A stretch of DNA of 64,000 nucleotides from Vicinamibacteria bacterium (GTDB taxonomy: Bacteria > Acidobacteriota > Vicinamibacteria > Vicinamibacterales > JAENWD01): positions 208,922 to 272,921 of the forward strand of contig CAVUCH010000018.1 in NCBI GenBank assembly GCA_963739995.1. Reading direction: 5' to 3'. Both the position numbers and the translations under genes were made by a program. Below the pieces are notes generated by a model. It made no database searches, was not told where the DNA came from, and worked only from the letters and a program-made list of their open reading frames with translations. Each line of letters begins with the position of its first letter. Positions within the stretch are counted from its first letter, which is position 1. This document shows, one piece after another, positions 44,668-54,169 of this stretch.

Positions 44668-46313
44668 CCCGAGGCTTTCTCCTCATACCGTTCCTGGCCG
44701 GCGCTGTGATTGCCGGTTCCGCCGGCCTGGTGGCGAGTCCGCCCGCGAAGTTCTACCGGGACGACCCGCTGCTCGCCGATCCGGAGACCCAGGACGCTTC
44801 CCATGTCAGCCCATGGAAGGTGAACGAGTCGTACGATTTCATCGAGAACTCGTTTCTCGATGCCGGCGAGCGCCGCGACGTTCGTGCCTCGAACGTCAAC
44901 ACGCTGGACGAAGTGCCGGACTCGAGCTGGTTCACGAACCGCCTCGGCACGCGTGTCATGACCGCCGACGAGGTCGAGACCGGTCCGGTGGCCGGTACGG
45001 GCCCTGAGCCTGGCCCGTGGACGATCGTCGAAGGCAAGAACGAAGGGATCACGCCCGGGCTGACGATTGCCGACCACCGCGGGGACGTGTACTTCGTGAA
45101 GTTCGACCCGCCGTCGAATCCGGAGATGGCGACCGGCGCCGAAGTGATCTCGACGCAGTTCTTTCACGCCCTCGGCTATCACGTTCCGGAGAACTACATC
45201 GCGACGCTCCGTTCCGAAGACCTGCGGATCGGCGACGCCGCGACCATCAAGGGGACCGACGGCCGGAAGCGCCCCTTCGTAAGGTCAGACCTCGATGGGG
45301 TCCTCGCGAAGGCGGCCCGCAACGGCGATGGCACGTACCGCGTGGTGGCGAGCAAGGCGCTCTCCGGCACACCGCTCGGCCCGTTCCGTTATTACGGCAC
45401 CCGGCCGGACGACCCGAACGACATCTACGATCACGAGCACCGGCGGGAGCTTCGCGGCCTCCGCGTGTTCGCGGCCTGGCTGAATCACGACGACTCGCGC
45501 AGCGTGAACACGCTCGACACCCTCGTCGAGCACGAGGGTCGGCGCATCGTCCGGCACCACCTCATCGACTTCGCCTCCACGCTCGGCAGCGGAAGCACGG
45601 CGGCCCAGAAGCCCCGCGCGGGAAACGAGTACATCTGGGAAGCCCGCCCGACGTTCATCACGATGCTCACCTTCGGGCTCTACGTCCGCCCGTGGATAAA
45701 AGTGCAGTATCCCGACCTCCCGTCGATCGGACGCATCGAGGCGGCCTACTTCGCCCCGGAGCGCTGGAAGCCGGAGTACCCCAATAGCGCCTTCGACAAC
45801 ATGCGGGCGGACGATGCCTTCTGGGCGGCACGCTTGCTGACGGCCTTCGACGACGACCTGATCCGCGCAGCGGTGAAGAGCGCCCAGTTCAGCGATCCGG
45901 AAGCGGACGCCTACCTGGCGCAGACGCTGATCACCCGTAAAGACAAGATCCTGCAGGCGTGGCTGAACGGTGTACTGCCGCTCCACGACTTCGCCCTTTC
46001 GCGCGAGGGCACGCTGACGTTCACCAATGTCGCAGCCGCGGCCGTAGCTGCCCAGATCCGCGAGTACCGGATCCGGTGGTTCGCCTTCGACAATCAGGCG
46101 GGCACCACGACGCCGCTGGGCGACGAGGTCTCGGTTACCGACACGCGGGCCGCGGCGCCTCCCCCGTTGCTCGCCGAGCCGCCGGAGTTCGTGATGATCG
46201 AGTTGCGCGGTCTCCACGACCGGCACCCGGGGTGGGCGTCCCCGACGAAGGTCTACTTTCGGCGCGAGGAAGCGAAAGGCTGGCAGCTTGTGGGCGTCGA
46301 GCGGCAGCCCTAA
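44664..46313 (+). CDS. exported hypothetical protein with protein-kinase-like motif set
   Basis: The ATG overlaps the upstream stop (ATGA). It has an N-terminal hydrophobic leader, then motifs in kinase order: YFVKF, PEMATGAE, NHDDSRSVN (HxDxxxxN) and IDFAS (DFG-like). Confidence 0.75.
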   Translation: MTRGFLLIPFLAGAVIAGSAGLVASPPAKFYRDDPLLADPETQDASHVSPWKVNESYDFIENSFLDAGERRDVRASNVNTLDEVPDSSWFTNRLGTRVMTADEVETGPVAGTGPEPGPWTIVEGKNEGITPGLTIADHRGDVYFVKFDPPSNPEMATGAEVISTQFFHALGYHVPENYIATLRSEDLRIGDAATIKGTDGRKRPFVRSDLDGVLAKAARNGDGTYRVVASKALSGTPLGPFRYYGTRPDDPNDIYDHEHRRELRGLRVFAAWLNHDDSRSVNTLDTLVEHEGRRIVRHHLIDFASTLGSGSTAAQKPRAGNEYIWEARPTFITMLTFGLYVRPWIKVQYPDLPSIGRIEAAYFAPERWKPEYPNSAFDNMRADDAFWAARLLTAFDDDLIRAAVKSAQFSDPEADAYLAQTLITRKDKILQAWLNGVLPLHDFALSREGTLTFTNVAAAAVAAQIREYRIRWFAFDNQAGTTTPLGDEVSVTDTRAAAPPPLLAEPPEFVMIELRGLHDRHPGWASPTKVYFRREEAKGWQLVGVERQP

Positions 46314-46419
46314 CCATGCGGGCCGGTCGGATTCCTGCCGCGATACATTCCGGCCCCTGTTGGCCGGGACTTCGGTACAGAACTACCCCGATGAGCCGTT
46401 GCCGCGGTAGTATCGGGCT

Positions 46420-47115
46420 GTGATCCTCACGTCCTACGCGCTGGCACTCGGGTTCGTCCACGGGCTCGGCGCCGACCACCTCATGGCGATCGCAGCACTC
46501 TCCGTGCGTGCGCCAGGCGACGACCGCACCAGAACGCATCCGATGCGAGTCGCCCTCGGATTCGCCGTCGGGCATGCGCTGCTGTTGCTCCTCGGATCAG
46601 CTGCCGTCGTGCTGCTCGGCTGGCAGATCCCCGTGCTCCTGGAGCGCACCGGCGAACTCGTCGGGGGCGCTTTACTGATCGCGCTGGGCGCATTCAGTCT
46701 CTGGGTGGCCTTCAGCCAGCAGTTGTATGGTCACACGCACACGCACGGCGACTCGATGCACACGCACTGGCACGTGCATCTGGGGCGGCGCAGCCGGCAC
46801 CCCGCCGGGGATCACTCGCACGTACCCGGCATCCTCGGGGCCGTGTTTGCCGTCTCAGGTTTGCGCGCACTCACGATGATGGCGCCCTTCGGAGACGCGG
46901 TCGCCGGCGGGCTTGCGGCGTCGCTGGCCACGCTGCTCTACCTGATCGGCGTCTTCGCGGTGGGCATCGTGATCTCGATGTCGCTCTTCGGTGTGGTGCT
47001 GTCGCGCGTGTTGGGTTCGGTCTGGCTGGCCAGACACATCGGCCGTGGGGCCGCCGTCCTCACGGCGCTGGCCTCCATCGGGCTGGGGATCTACTGGATC
47101 GCCGCACGCGGATAG
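46420..47115 (+). CDS. NicO/NiCoT-like metal (Ni/Co) transporter family membrane protein with His-rich loop
   Basis: GTG start. The HGLGADH motif in TM1 resembles the NiCoT signature. A central loop reads HTHTHGDSMHTHWHVH, and 6-7 TM segments are visible. Confidence 0.7.
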   Translation: MILTSYALALGFVHGLGADHLMAIAALSVRAPGDDRTRTHPMRVALGFAVGHALLLLLGSAAVVLLGWQIPVLLERTGELVGGALLIALGAFSLWVAFSQQLYGHTHTHGDSMHTHWHVHLGRRSRHPAGDHSHVPGILGAVFAVSGLRALTMMAPFGDAVAGGLAASLATLLYLIGVFAVGIVISMSLFGVVLSRVLGSVWLARHIGRGAAVLTALASIGLGIYWIAARG

Positions 47116-47205
47116 AGAGGCCGGTTAAAGCGGCGAGCGGCAGGCAGTAGGCGCACAGCATACGCTGGCCGCCGCTTCCCGCCGCCCTCCGCCCGGGCGC
47201 GCCGA

Positions 47206-47793
47206 TCAGTGCTTGACGATCTCGTACAGCGTCCCTGCGCCACCGCCGATCGCCGCCCCGATGAGCGCGCCCTTCTTGCCACCGGCGATTGCACCCACGC
47301 CTGCGCCGGCGCCGGCCGATCCGCCAATCACGAGCGCACGCTTCTTCCACGATCGGCGCGGCTCGACCGGTCGTGCCGGCACATAGTCGTCGTCACGCAC
47401 CGACCGCGTCGGCTGCACGCGAGGCCGCGAGTACGCCACGGGCACGGCACGTGCCGACTGCATCGGCTGCACGGGCGCGAAGGCCCTCACATTCGAAAGG
47501 GTGGCGATGTCGTCGCCGCCCACGCATCCGGCCTCGATGGACATTCCGGCGACAGAGGGCATGCGGCGAATGACGGCGCGCTGACCAGGCTCGCACGTGA
47601 CGTTCAGCGCAGGGGCCGATTCGCTGTCCATTACGGCTGCGGGCGTGCCTCGCTGATCCGAGACTAGCTGCAGGGGCCGCTGCGTCTCCGCCGCGCTCCA
47701 CGAGGCTTCGTCCCGCGCGCTCGATCCGGTCCAGCCGAAGACGGCTATGCCAGTGATCAGGGCCCCGGCGATACCGCCAATCAGTTGTTTCAT
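47206..47793 (-). CDS. membrane-anchored hypothetical protein with C-terminal glycine-zipper
   Basis: Start at MKQLIGGIAGALITGIAVFG, preceded by GGAGGA. The C-terminus reads VIGGSAGAGAGVGAIAGGKKGALIGAAIGGGAG. Confidence 0.6.
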   Translation of the reverse strand: MKQLIGGIAGALITGIAVFGWTGSSARDEASWSAAETQRPLQLVSDQRGTPAAVMDSESAPALNVTCEPGQRAVIRRMPSVAGMSIEAGCVGGDDIATLSNVRAFAPVQPMQSARAVPVAYSRPRVQPTRSVRDDDYVPARPVEPRRSWKKRALVIGGSAGAGAGVGAIAGGKKGALIGAAIGGGAGTLYEIVKH

Positions 47794-48153
47794 CGCATCC
47801 TCCTGCTGCAACTAGAGTCAAGACGGGTGCCAGCAGCGGCACTCCCCAACAGCGCGAAATCCCCTAGAAATCGCAGAGAAATGACGGCTGCCGTTCGCGA
47901 ACTGTCCTCCGCAGGGCACAAGGGGAGGTCTGCCAGTGACAGCGGCCGGCGGAGCCGGCCCAGGGGTGCGACCGGGTGCGGCATTGCGGCAGGTGCTCCG
48001 AAGTGGAGCGCAACCGTGCGACACGTCCGACTGTGCCCCGCTGTGCGCGGGTGCGACCGGTCCGACTCGGGTAGAGCGCGCGAGCGGGGGTTCGATGTGG
48101 GTGGTGAAGATGGCGCCACGGGCGCTCTGAACGCCGTCTTATACTTGAACTTG

Positions 48154-48867
48154 ATGTCGACGGACGGACCGACGCCTCCGCGCGCGCTGCGGCTGCTCAT
48201 CGTTGAGGACGATGAGGACATCGCGCACCTACTGGCGCACAGCGTCCGAAAGGCCGGGTTCGAGGCTGCGGTGATGCTCTCGGGTGCGGGCGTGCTTGCG
48301 CGGCTGCGCGAGAGCCCGCCCGATCTGCTCCTGCTGGATGTCATGCTCCCGGGGCTGGACGGCAGGGACATCTGCCGTGCGGTGCGGAAAGACCCACGCA
48401 CGCAGTCGATTCCCGTGATCATGATCACCGCGCGAGCCGAGGAGACCGACCGCGTCGCGGGCCTCGAGCTCGGCGCCGACGATTACATCACCAAGCCATT
48501 CAGCCCTCGCGAGGTCGTCGCCCGGGTCCGCGCCGTGCTGCGCCGCGCCGCCGCAGCACCCAAGGCATCCCACTCTCTCACCTTCGGCGATCTGCAGGTC
48601 GACGCCGAACGACACGTGGTCACCGCGGGCGGTCACGAGGTGCGATTGACCGCGAAAGAGTTCCTGCTGCTCAGGTACTTCCTGGAGCATCGCGGGCGCG
48701 TGCTGTCCCGGGACCTCCTGCTGTCGGATGTGTGGGGCTATCGCTACACAGGCGGCACGCGCACCGTCGACGTCCACGTCCGTCGATTGCGGGAAAAGCT
48801 GCCCGTCATGGCCGATGCCATCGTCACGGTGCCGCAATTCGGATACAAGCTCCGGGAGACCCCGTGA
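48154..48867 (+). CDS. phoB: OmpR/PhoB-family response regulator
   Basis: The receiver domain has [23 protein letters not shown] and DDYITKPF. The winged-helix output has RVLSRDLLL and [12 protein letters not shown]. The phoB symbol is assigned only from context next to the pst genes. Confidence 0.85.
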   Translation: MSTDGPTPPRALRLLIVEDDEDIAHLLAHSVRKAGFEAAVMLSGAGVLARLRESPPDLLLLDVMLPGLDGRDICRAVRKDPRTQSIPVIMITARAEETDRVAGLELGADDYITKPFSPREVVARVRAVLRRAAAAPKASHSLTFGDLQVDAERHVVTAGGHEVRLTAKEFLLLRYFLEHRGRVLSRDLLLSDVWGYRYTGGTRTVDVHVRRLREKLPVMADAIVTVPQFGYKLRETP

Positions 48868-50645
48868 GGCGGGGGAGCTTCCGGACCAAGATGTTCCTGG
48901 CGGCGTCGGGGGCCGGCATCCTCACGGCGCTCGTCACGGCCAGTCTGCTGTTCTGGTCGCTGCGGCACCAGATGCACGACCGAATCGAGGAGCGCGTGCT
49001 GCTCGAGGCGCGGCTCGTGGCCGATCAGCTGGAGCGCGATCGGTCGCCGGCACGGCCCGGCGGCTACGAGGCGGAGGCCATCCGGCTTGCGGCGCTCGTC
49101 GAAGCGCGCGTGACGTTCATCGCGGCGGATGGCCGCGTGCTCGGCGATTCGTGGGTGAACACCGATCGAATCAGCACGCTCGAGGAGCACGCGCATCGGC
49201 CCGAGATCGTGGAAGCGCGCGCACGCGGTGTGGGCCACGCGCGCAGGGTGAGCGCCACCGTGGACACCGACATGCTCTACACGGCGGTGACCGTCCGCGA
49301 CCCGGACATCGCGTTCGTGCGCCTCGCCGTTCCGGCCGCCAGCGTGCGGCAGCTGCTGCGGCAGGTCATTCCGCTCACTCTTCTCGCGATGGCACTGGGT
49401 ACGGGTGTGGCGCTCGCGCTGGCCTGGGCATTTTCCCTGCCGTTGTCGCGCCGTGTGGCGGCAATCGCCACGGTCGCCGATCGCTACGCTGCTGGCGACT
49501 TCACGCGTCCGCCGATCGATTACGGCGTCGACGAGCTCGGTCGCGTGGCGCGGTCGCTCGACGCGGTGGTCGTCGAGCTCGGCGTGCGGGTAGCGGATCT
49601 GGCGCGCAACCGCGCGCGCATGGAAGCAATCCTCGCGGGCATGGTGGAAGGGGTGCTGGTGCTCGACGAGGATGGCCGCGTGCGCCTCGTCAACGAGGCG
49701 GCACGGCGGATGCTCGGCATCACCGACGAGGGGATCGGCCGTCGCTACACCGGTTCGATCCGCCACCCCGACATCGTGGCGCAGATCGGGCGCGCGTTGC
49801 GCGGCGAGGAGCCTTCCGGCGTGGAGCTGACGTTCGGTGTGGATTCGTCGCGGGTGCTCATCGCGCGGGCGGCCCCGACGCGGGGCCCGGCCGGCGCGGG
49901 CGGCGTCCTCGTCCTCCATGACATCACCGACCTGAGACACGCGGATCAGGTGCGACGCGATTTCGTCGGCAACGTCTCCCACGAACTGCGCACGCCGCTC
50001 ACCGCGATCCGCGGCTACGTCGAGACGCTCCTCGAGGAGAGCCCGGAAGGTCAGACGCACGAGTTCCTGCAGGTCATCTTCCGCCACACGGCGCGCATGG
50101 AGCGGCTGGTGGGAGATCTGCTGCGTCTGGCGAGACTCGACGCAGGGCAGGAGGTTACCGGTCTCGCGACGGTTCATCTCGGGCCTGTCGTGCAGGGTGT
50201 CGTGGACGAACTGTCGCCGCTCATCGAGTCACGGCGGGCAGATCTCCGCGTGCGCATCGAGGATGAAGGCCGCGCTCTGGAGACGGACCCCGCCTGCGTG
50301 CACGACATCCTGCGCAACCTGCTCGAGAACGCGGTCAGCTACTCGCCGGAGGGGGGCACTGTATCGCTTACCGCAGTCGTGTCCGGCGAGCGGGCGACTC
50401 TCGAGGTGGCGGATTCAGGGCCCGGGATTCCGCCCGCCGACCTGCAGCGGGTGTTCGAGCGTTTCTATCGGGTAGACAAGTCGCGCGTGAGGAACCCGGG
50501 AGGCACGGGCATCGGACTCGCAATCGTGAGGAACCTCGTGGAGATGCTCGGGGGCACCGTGGTCGCCCGCAACGCGGACAAGGGCGGCGCCGTCTTTACT
50601 GTCAGCTTGCCGGCACGTGCCGCACCGCGTGCCGCCGCAGGCTGA
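48864..50645 (+). CDS. phoR: sensor histidine kinase, PhoR-like
   Basis: The GTG start overlaps the regulator stop (GTGA). It has two TM segments, HAMP and PAS-like regions, the H-box [18 protein letters not shown] and an HATPase domain ([17 protein letters not shown]). Confidence 0.85.
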   Translation: MRRGSFRTKMFLAASGAGILTALVTASLLFWSLRHQMHDRIEERVLLEARLVADQLERDRSPARPGGYEAEAIRLAALVEARVTFIAADGRVLGDSWVNTDRISTLEEHAHRPEIVEARARGVGHARRVSATVDTDMLYTAVTVRDPDIAFVRLAVPAASVRQLLRQVIPLTLLAMALGTGVALALAWAFSLPLSRRVAAIATVADRYAAGDFTRPPIDYGVDELGRVARSLDAVVVELGVRVADLARNRARMEAILAGMVEGVLVLDEDGRVRLVNEAARRMLGITDEGIGRRYTGSIRHPDIVAQIGRALRGEEPSGVELTFGVDSSRVLIARAAPTRGPAGAGGVLVLHDITDLRHADQVRRDFVGNVSHELRTPLTAIRGYVETLLEESPEGQTHEFLQVIFRHTARMERLVGDLLRLARLDAGQEVTGLATVHLGPVVQGVVDELSPLIESRRADLRVRIEDEGRALETDPACVHDILRNLLENAVSYSPEGGTVSLTAVVSGERATLEVADSGPGIPPADLQRVFERFYRVDKSRVRNPGGTGIGLAIVRNLVEMLGGTVVARNADKGGAVFTVSLPARAAPRAAAG

Positions 50646-50648
50646 CCC

Positions 50649-51656
50649 TCACCGCCACCCGAAGAGCCACACCGCCTGGTAGGTGACTGCGGCCACGAGC
50701 GCGGCGGCCGGAATCGTCAGGAGCCAGGCCCAGACGATTCGTCGCGCCACACCCCACCGCACGGCCGACAGCCGTCGCGTTGCGCCGACCCCGATGATCG
50801 CACCCGTGATCGTGTGAGTCGTGCTGATGCCGACCCCCAGGTAGGTCGCGATGCCGATCGCGAACGCCGCCCCGGTTTCGGCGGCGAAGCCGCTCACGGG
50901 CTGCAGGCGTGTGATCTTCGAGCCCATCGTGTGGATGATGCGCCAGCCGCCCGAGAGCGTGCCAAGACCGATTGCGGCGTGCGCCGCGAGCACCACCCAG
51001 ACCGGGATGTAGAACGTATCGATGTAGTTCGCGGAGTACAGGACACCGGCGATGATCCCCATGGTCTTCTGGGCGTCATTGGCGCCGTGCATGAGGCTGA
51101 ACCCGGCAGCGGAGACCAGCTGCAGCCGCCGGAACCAGCCGTCCACGCGGCTGGGCGGCACCCAGCGGAAGCACCAGAACATCAGCGTCATCAGCGCCAG
51201 CCCCACGGTAAGGCCGATCATCGGCGCCACGACGATGAAGACGATCGTCTTGATCCAGCCAGCGGGAATGATCACTTGGAATCCAGCTTTCGCGATCGCG
51301 GCGCCCGCATACCCGCCAAACAGCGCGTGCGACGAGCTCGTCGGCAGCCCGAAGAACCACGTGATCAGATTCCAGGTGATCGCGCCACAGAGACCAGCGA
51401 AGATGACTGCCAGCGTCACGTACTCGAGGTGCACCATGCCGCTGCCGACAGTCTTCGCGACGGCGGTGCCAAACGTGAACGCGGCGATGAAATTGAAGAA
51501 GGCCGCCCACATGACGGCCTTGCCGGGGGAGAGGACCCGGGTCGAGACAACCGTGGCGATGGAGTTCGCCGCGTCGTGGAACCCGTTGATGTAGTCGAAG
51601 ATGAGCGCGAGCGTGATGAGCGCGACGACAACGAGTAGCCCGACCGGGACGTCCAT
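50649..51656 (-). CDS. inorganic phosphate transporter, PiT family
   Basis: 335-aa polytopic protein with the PiT signature FDYINGFHDAANSIAT and its repeat SLMHGANDAQKTMG. Confidence 0.9.
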   Translation of the reverse strand: MDVPVGLLVVVALITLALIFDYINGFHDAANSIATVVSTRVLSPGKAVMWAAFFNFIAAFTFGTAVAKTVGSGMVHLEYVTLAVIFAGLCGAITWNLITWFFGLPTSSSHALFGGYAGAAIAKAGFQVIIPAGWIKTIVFIVVAPMIGLTVGLALMTLMFWCFRWVPPSRVDGWFRRLQLVSAAGFSLMHGANDAQKTMGIIAGVLYSANYIDTFYIPVWVVLAAHAAIGLGTLSGGWRIIHTMGSKITRLQPVSGFAAETGAAFAIGIATYLGVGISTTHTITGAIIGVGATRRLSAVRWGVARRIVWAWLLTIPAAALVAAVTYQAVWLFGWR

Positions 51657-51662
51657 GCCGGG

Positions 51663-52280
51663 CTATCCGTTCTTGACGACGACGCCCTCGAAGACGTTCG
51701 CGACGTCCTCGCAGCGATCGGTGGCGTCTTCGAGCAAGTCGAGCACTTCCTTCCACTTCATGACGGTCAGCGCGTCCGTCTCCCCTTCGAAGAGCCGGCG
51801 CAGCGCCTCGTCGTGGATGTCGTCGGCCTCGTTCTCGAGCCGGTTGATCTCCACAGTGACCACGTGGACACCGGTGCGCTTTTCCAGGGCTGCCGCTCCC
51901 TGCCGCACCTGCTCGGTGGCCCTGGCGATGATCCGCGCCAGTTCGCGGGCACCAAAGCGCACATCCGGGATGCGGTAGCGGCGGATTACCGCCGCCGACG
52001 CGTCGATGGCGTCCATCACGTCGTCGAGCGACCGCGCGAGTCCGTGAATGTCTTCGCGGTCGAGTGGCGTCACGAACGTGCGGTTCAGCCGCTGGAAGAC
52101 CTCGTGCGTGATGGTGTCGCAGCGATGCTCGATGTCCTTTATGCCGGCGGCACTCTCCCACCGGGGCGGAACGGTCGAGAGCATCTCCTCGAGCAGCCGC
52201 GCACCGACCATCAGCTCATCAGCGAGCGCGATGAAGTCTGCGAAGAACTTTTCCTCGCGGGGTATGAGTCGGAATCTCAC
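51663..52280 (-). CDS. DUF47 family protein (PhoU-like, PiT-associated)
   Basis: 205-aa helical protein with the segments KFFADFIALADE and ENEADDIHDEALRRLF. Pairing with a downstream PiT gene is canonical. Confidence 0.85.
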   Translation of the reverse strand: MRFRLIPREEKFFADFIALADELMVGARLLEEMLSTVPPRWESAAGIKDIEHRCDTITHEVFQRLNRTFVTPLDREDIHGLARSLDDVMDAIDASAAVIRRYRIPDVRFGARELARIIARATEQVRQGAAALEKRTGVHVVTVEINRLENEADDIHDEALRRLFEGETDALTVMKWKEVLDLLEDATDRCEDVANVFEGVVVKNG

Positions 52281-52360
52281 GAATGCAGGCCCCTCCCGAG
52301 AGCCGCCGGATCATACCAGCATTGCGTGGAGGGGAGCGGGAGAGGGCGTGCGGCGGGCTG

Positions 52361-53212
52361 TTAGCGCCCGACGTGCATCCGTTCGAGGCGCCTGGTTGCC
52401 AGCCGCGCGATGAGCGAGCATACCAAGACGATTAACACGAGGACGAGTGCGCCCGCCCAGGCCTGGCGGTGCCAGTCCTCGTAGGGCGAGATGGCATATG
52501 CGTAGATCTGCACGGTCAGGGACGAGATGGGCTGTGTCAGACTCGTGCTCCAGAAGCGGTTGTTGAAGGCGGTAAAGAGGAGGGGCGCCGTTTCGCCGGC
52601 GACGCGCGCCAGCGCCAGCACGATGCCGGTCATGATGCCCGGCAGCGCCGCCGGCAATACCACGGTAAAGACGGCACGGGCGCGTGTCGCCCCCAGCGCG
52701 AGCGCGCCCTCGCGCAGCGACATCGGGACGAGCTGCAACAGCTCGTCGGTCGTCCGCGTGATGATCGGAATCATCACGATGCCGAGCGCCACGCCCCCGG
52801 CCAGCGCCGAGAACTGCTTGACCGGCAGCACCACGATCCCGTAGACGAAGACCCCGATGACGATCGACGGAACGCCGTTCAGGGTGTCGGCGGCGAACCG
52901 CACCACTCCTGCCAGCCGGGTCTCGCGGTACTCCGCCACGTAGATGCCGCTGATGACGCCGATCGGCACGGCGAAGATCGCGCCGAGTGCGGTGACGGTG
53001 AGAGTGCCAACAATCGAGTTGGCCATCCCGCCCCCGGGTTCTCCGACCGGTGTCGGCATGTGCGTGAAGAAGTCGAGCGTGAGCGCCTGGATGCCGCGCG
53101 TCACGGCGAAGAAGAGGATGAAGGCGAGCGGCACCAGCGCAAACACCACGGCCATGCCGCAGAGCGTGGTCATGATGAAGGAGACGCCTCTGCGGACCCG
53201 CGGACCGCTCAT
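52361..53212 (-). CDS. pstA: phosphate ABC transporter permease PstA
   Basis: 283-aa permease with an EAA-like loop (LREGALALGATRARAVFTVVLP). It overlaps pstC by 4 nt. Confidence 0.9.
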   Translation of the reverse strand: MSGPRVRRGVSFIMTTLCGMAVVFALVPLAFILFFAVTRGIQALTLDFFTHMPTPVGEPGGGMANSIVGTLTVTALGAIFAVPIGVISGIYVAEYRETRLAGVVRFAADTLNGVPSIVIGVFVYGIVVLPVKQFSALAGGVALGIVMIPIITRTTDELLQLVPMSLREGALALGATRARAVFTVVLPAALPGIMTGIVLALARVAGETAPLLFTAFNNRFWSTSLTQPISSLTVQIYAYAISPYEDWHRQAWAGALVLVLIVLVCSLIARLATRRLERMHVGR

Positions 53213-54162
53213 GCCGCGCCTCCGGCTGCGCTGACAACGGGCGCCGCCCGCCGCGTCATCCCGCTGCCCTGCCGGCCCATGCGCCAGATGAGGAAGCGTG
53301 AGACGCCATTGACGAGCAGCGTGATGATGAAGAGCAGCAGCCCGATCTCGATCAGCGCATGCAGGTAGAGATCGTCGGCGGCTTCGCTGAACTCGTTCGC
53401 AATCACGGCAGCCATCGTGTACTGCGGGGCGAAGACCGAGAGCGACACCCTCGGCGTGTTGCCGATCACCATGGTCACGGCCATGGTCTCGCCGAGCGCC
53501 CGGCCGAAGCCCAGCATGATCGCGCCGATGATGCCGATCCGGCCGTACTGCAGGGCCACGCGGATCGCTTCCCAGCGTGTGGCGCCGAGCGCGTACGCCC
53601 CCTCCCGCTGCGCGGCGGGAACCGCACGCAGCACTTCGCGGGCCACCGACGATGTGTAGGGCACCACCATGATTGCCAGGATGAGAACCGCCGCCAGCAT
53701 GCCGACACCGAGCGGCGGGCCCGAGAACAGCGGCAGCTGCCGCAGCGCGTCCGGAAATGCGACCTGCACCGAACGCACCGCGGGCACCAGCACAAAGATG
53801 CCCCAGAGGCCGTAGACGATCGATGGTATGGCGGCGAGCAACTCCGTCAACTGTGTGAGCGGGGCGCGCAGCCGCGGAGGGCAGAGCTCCGAGAGGAAGA
53901 TGGCGATGCCGAGTGCGACGGGTGCCGCAAGCAGCAGCGCGAGCACCGACGAGTAGAGCGTGCCCCAGATGAACGGCCGTGCGCCGAAGTCGCCGGACAC
54001 CGGGTCCCAGATCTCGGTCGTCCAGAACGCGAGGCCGAACTTCTCGATGGCCATCCACGACTGCCGTGTGAGCTCGACCGCCATGCCGGCCACGAGCACC
54101 ACCACAGCGACCGCGAAGACGCCCGTACCGACCCGAAACCAGACCTCGGAATGGCGTGTCAT
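53209..54162 (-). CDS. pstC: phosphate ABC transporter permease PstC
   Basis: 317-aa permease with the loop QREGAYALGATRWEAI, located between pstS and pstA. Confidence 0.9.
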   Translation of the reverse strand: MTRHSEVWFRVGTGVFAVAVVVLVAGMAVELTRQSWMAIEKFGLAFWTTEIWDPVSGDFGARPFIWGTLYSSVLALLLAAPVALGIAIFLSELCPPRLRAPLTQLTELLAAIPSIVYGLWGIFVLVPAVRSVQVAFPDALRQLPLFSGPPLGVGMLAAVLILAIMVVPYTSSVAREVLRAVPAAQREGAYALGATRWEAIRVALQYGRIGIIGAIMLGFGRALGETMAVTMVIGNTPRVSLSVFAPQYTMAAVIANEFSEAADDLYLHALIEIGLLLFIITLLVNGVSRFLIWRMGRQGSGMTRRAAPVVSAAGGAA

Positions 54163-54169
54163 CGCGCGT

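Noticed and set aside
46314-46419. NiCo (czcD-type) riboswitch upstream of the NiCoT-like transporter
   Set aside because: The context is attractive, but I could not identify the conserved four-way-junction sequence features by eye. It needs an Infernal/Rfam scan before any call.
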